A stretch of DNA of 64,000 bases from Veleropilina oligotropha (lineage: Eukaryota): assembly GCA_048128005.1 (NCBI GenBank), contig JBEUKZ010000038.1, forward strand, positions 248,001 to 312,000, written 5' to 3'. The notes below the pieces were generated by a model. That model had not been told where the DNA came from. It searched no databases and saw only the letters and a list, made by a program, of their open reading frames with translations. This document shows positions 62,532 through 64,000 of this stretch, piece by piece (the first letter of the stretch is position 1; each line of letters opens with the position of its first letter). The position numbers and the translations under genes were made by a program.

Positions 62532-64000
62532 AATAGAAAAACACTAGCAGTCTTCATTGATTTCGAAAAAGCATACGACATGATTTGGCATGAAGGGCTC
62601 AAGGAAAAAATTAAAAACTTAGGTATTACAGGCAGGATGCTAAATTGGATAGGTAATTTTTTGGAAGATAGGAAAATAAATGTAAGAGTCGAAAACTCAA
62701 GATCGGAAGATTACGATCTAGAAAACGGTACGCCACAAGGTAGTGTAATCAGTCCAACTCTTTTCAACATAATGATTAATGACTTAGATAAAACTCTGAT
62801 AGAAAACAAAACGACAAAATCATCATTGTTTGCAGACGATAGCGCGATATGGAACTCGAATAAAAATGTTAAAAAACTAGAAGACAAAATGAACGAAAAC
62901 CTTAAACTAATTCATAAATGGTCAAACGAATGGGGATTTAAAATATCCGAATCAAAAACGGTAGGAGTACTCTTTTCTAAAGGTAGACAGTACATTAAAC
63001 CTACATTAATACTGAATAACAAGCAATTGAAAATTGAAGACCGAGCTACATTCCTAGGAATGACATTCGATCGTAAATTAACTTGGCATGCCCACATTAA
63101 CCAACTCATCAATAATTGCAATAAAATGCTCAACCTCATGAGATGCGTCTCTGGTAACGACTGGGGAGCAGATAGACAAACTTTATCACTTCTATATAAA
63201 GCCTTAATTATGTCGAGAATAGACTACGGCTGTCAGGCATACGGTTCAGCTAAACCACATCTTTTAAAGAAAATAGAGAAAATTCAAAACCAAGCCTTAA
63301 GAATAATTACAGGAGCATTCAAATCAACTCCAATAGCCAGTCTTGAAGTAGAAGCAAATATCAAACCCCTGGAACTACGTAGGAAAGAAATGACGCTTAA
63401 CTACTGGGCCAAAACTAAATCTCAAGTAGAAACCAATCCCGCGGCTAAATTAGACACTAACTGCAATGCATTCCAAAAAATAGAATACAATAAACGGTAC
63501 GTAGATCGACCACCGTACGGATTGATAACACGAAGATACAATCAAGAACTAAAACTCGATAAATTAAGTATTGCTCAAAACAGACCTGCAGATAAACCGC
63601 CTTGGCAACATAACCCTGTTAAATCATCAATACAACTTAGTCACATGATAAAGAAGGACGAGCCAGCTCTAAATATAAAAGCCACGACTCAAGCTTTCAT
63701 AGATGAAAAATGGAATGGATATTTAAAAGTTTTCACGGACGGGTCAAAGGACCCAGAAACGTCACAAACATCCGCAGCAGTGGTAATCCCAGAGTTAAAA
63801 GTAAATAAATCATTCAAACTATCAAACAACTTATCTGTGTATAGCACAGAACTGATAGCTATTGAAAAAGCATTGGAAATAATCCACATAATTGAACCAA
63901 CAAAAGTTGTAATCCTGTCAGACTCTCTAAGTGGACTCCAGTCTCTACAACCCTCAAAAAGTTCAACAAGACCAGATATAATCAATAAAATCAAATCATT
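62532..64000 (+). mobile_element. 5'-truncated LINE of a diverged subfamily at the H2B start site (runs off the window)
   Basis: H2B promoter ends at gaacgctta, then RT and RNase H coding sequence homologous to 26330 onward with many mostly synonymous differences. Confidence 0.92.

Overview
This window is invertebrate animal genomic DNA at the edge of a replication-dependent core-histone cluster. From about 30.0 to 62.5 kb there are six near-identical ~5.08-kb quartet units (H2B+, H4+, H3+, H2A-; no H1), and each gene ends in the histone stem-loop plus a shared downstream element. The first 30 kb holds decayed LINEs, a broken canonical unit, a diverged histone unit, and a young I-group (Nimb-like) LINE family (ORF1 with CCHC knuckles; ORF2 with APE, RT, RNase H and CCHC) that includes one intact copy. 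The candidate new system has five parts. (1) This LINE and short non-autonomous partners insert repeatedly at the predicted transcription start of H2A, H2B, H3 and H4, co-oriented with the gene, with 12-15 bp TSDs but no shared target sequence. (2) The LINE 3' UTR carries an antisense copy of H4 mRNA whose differences from H4 are almost all A-to-G on the element strand, an ADAR hyper-editing signature. (3) All inserts with a visible 3' end finish in the same covarying stem-loop. (4) One insert begins exactly at a twister ribozyme cleavage site. (5) The 3' UTR holds four copies of an unidentified covarying RNA structure. All alignments and folds were done by eye, so boundaries may be off by a few bases.
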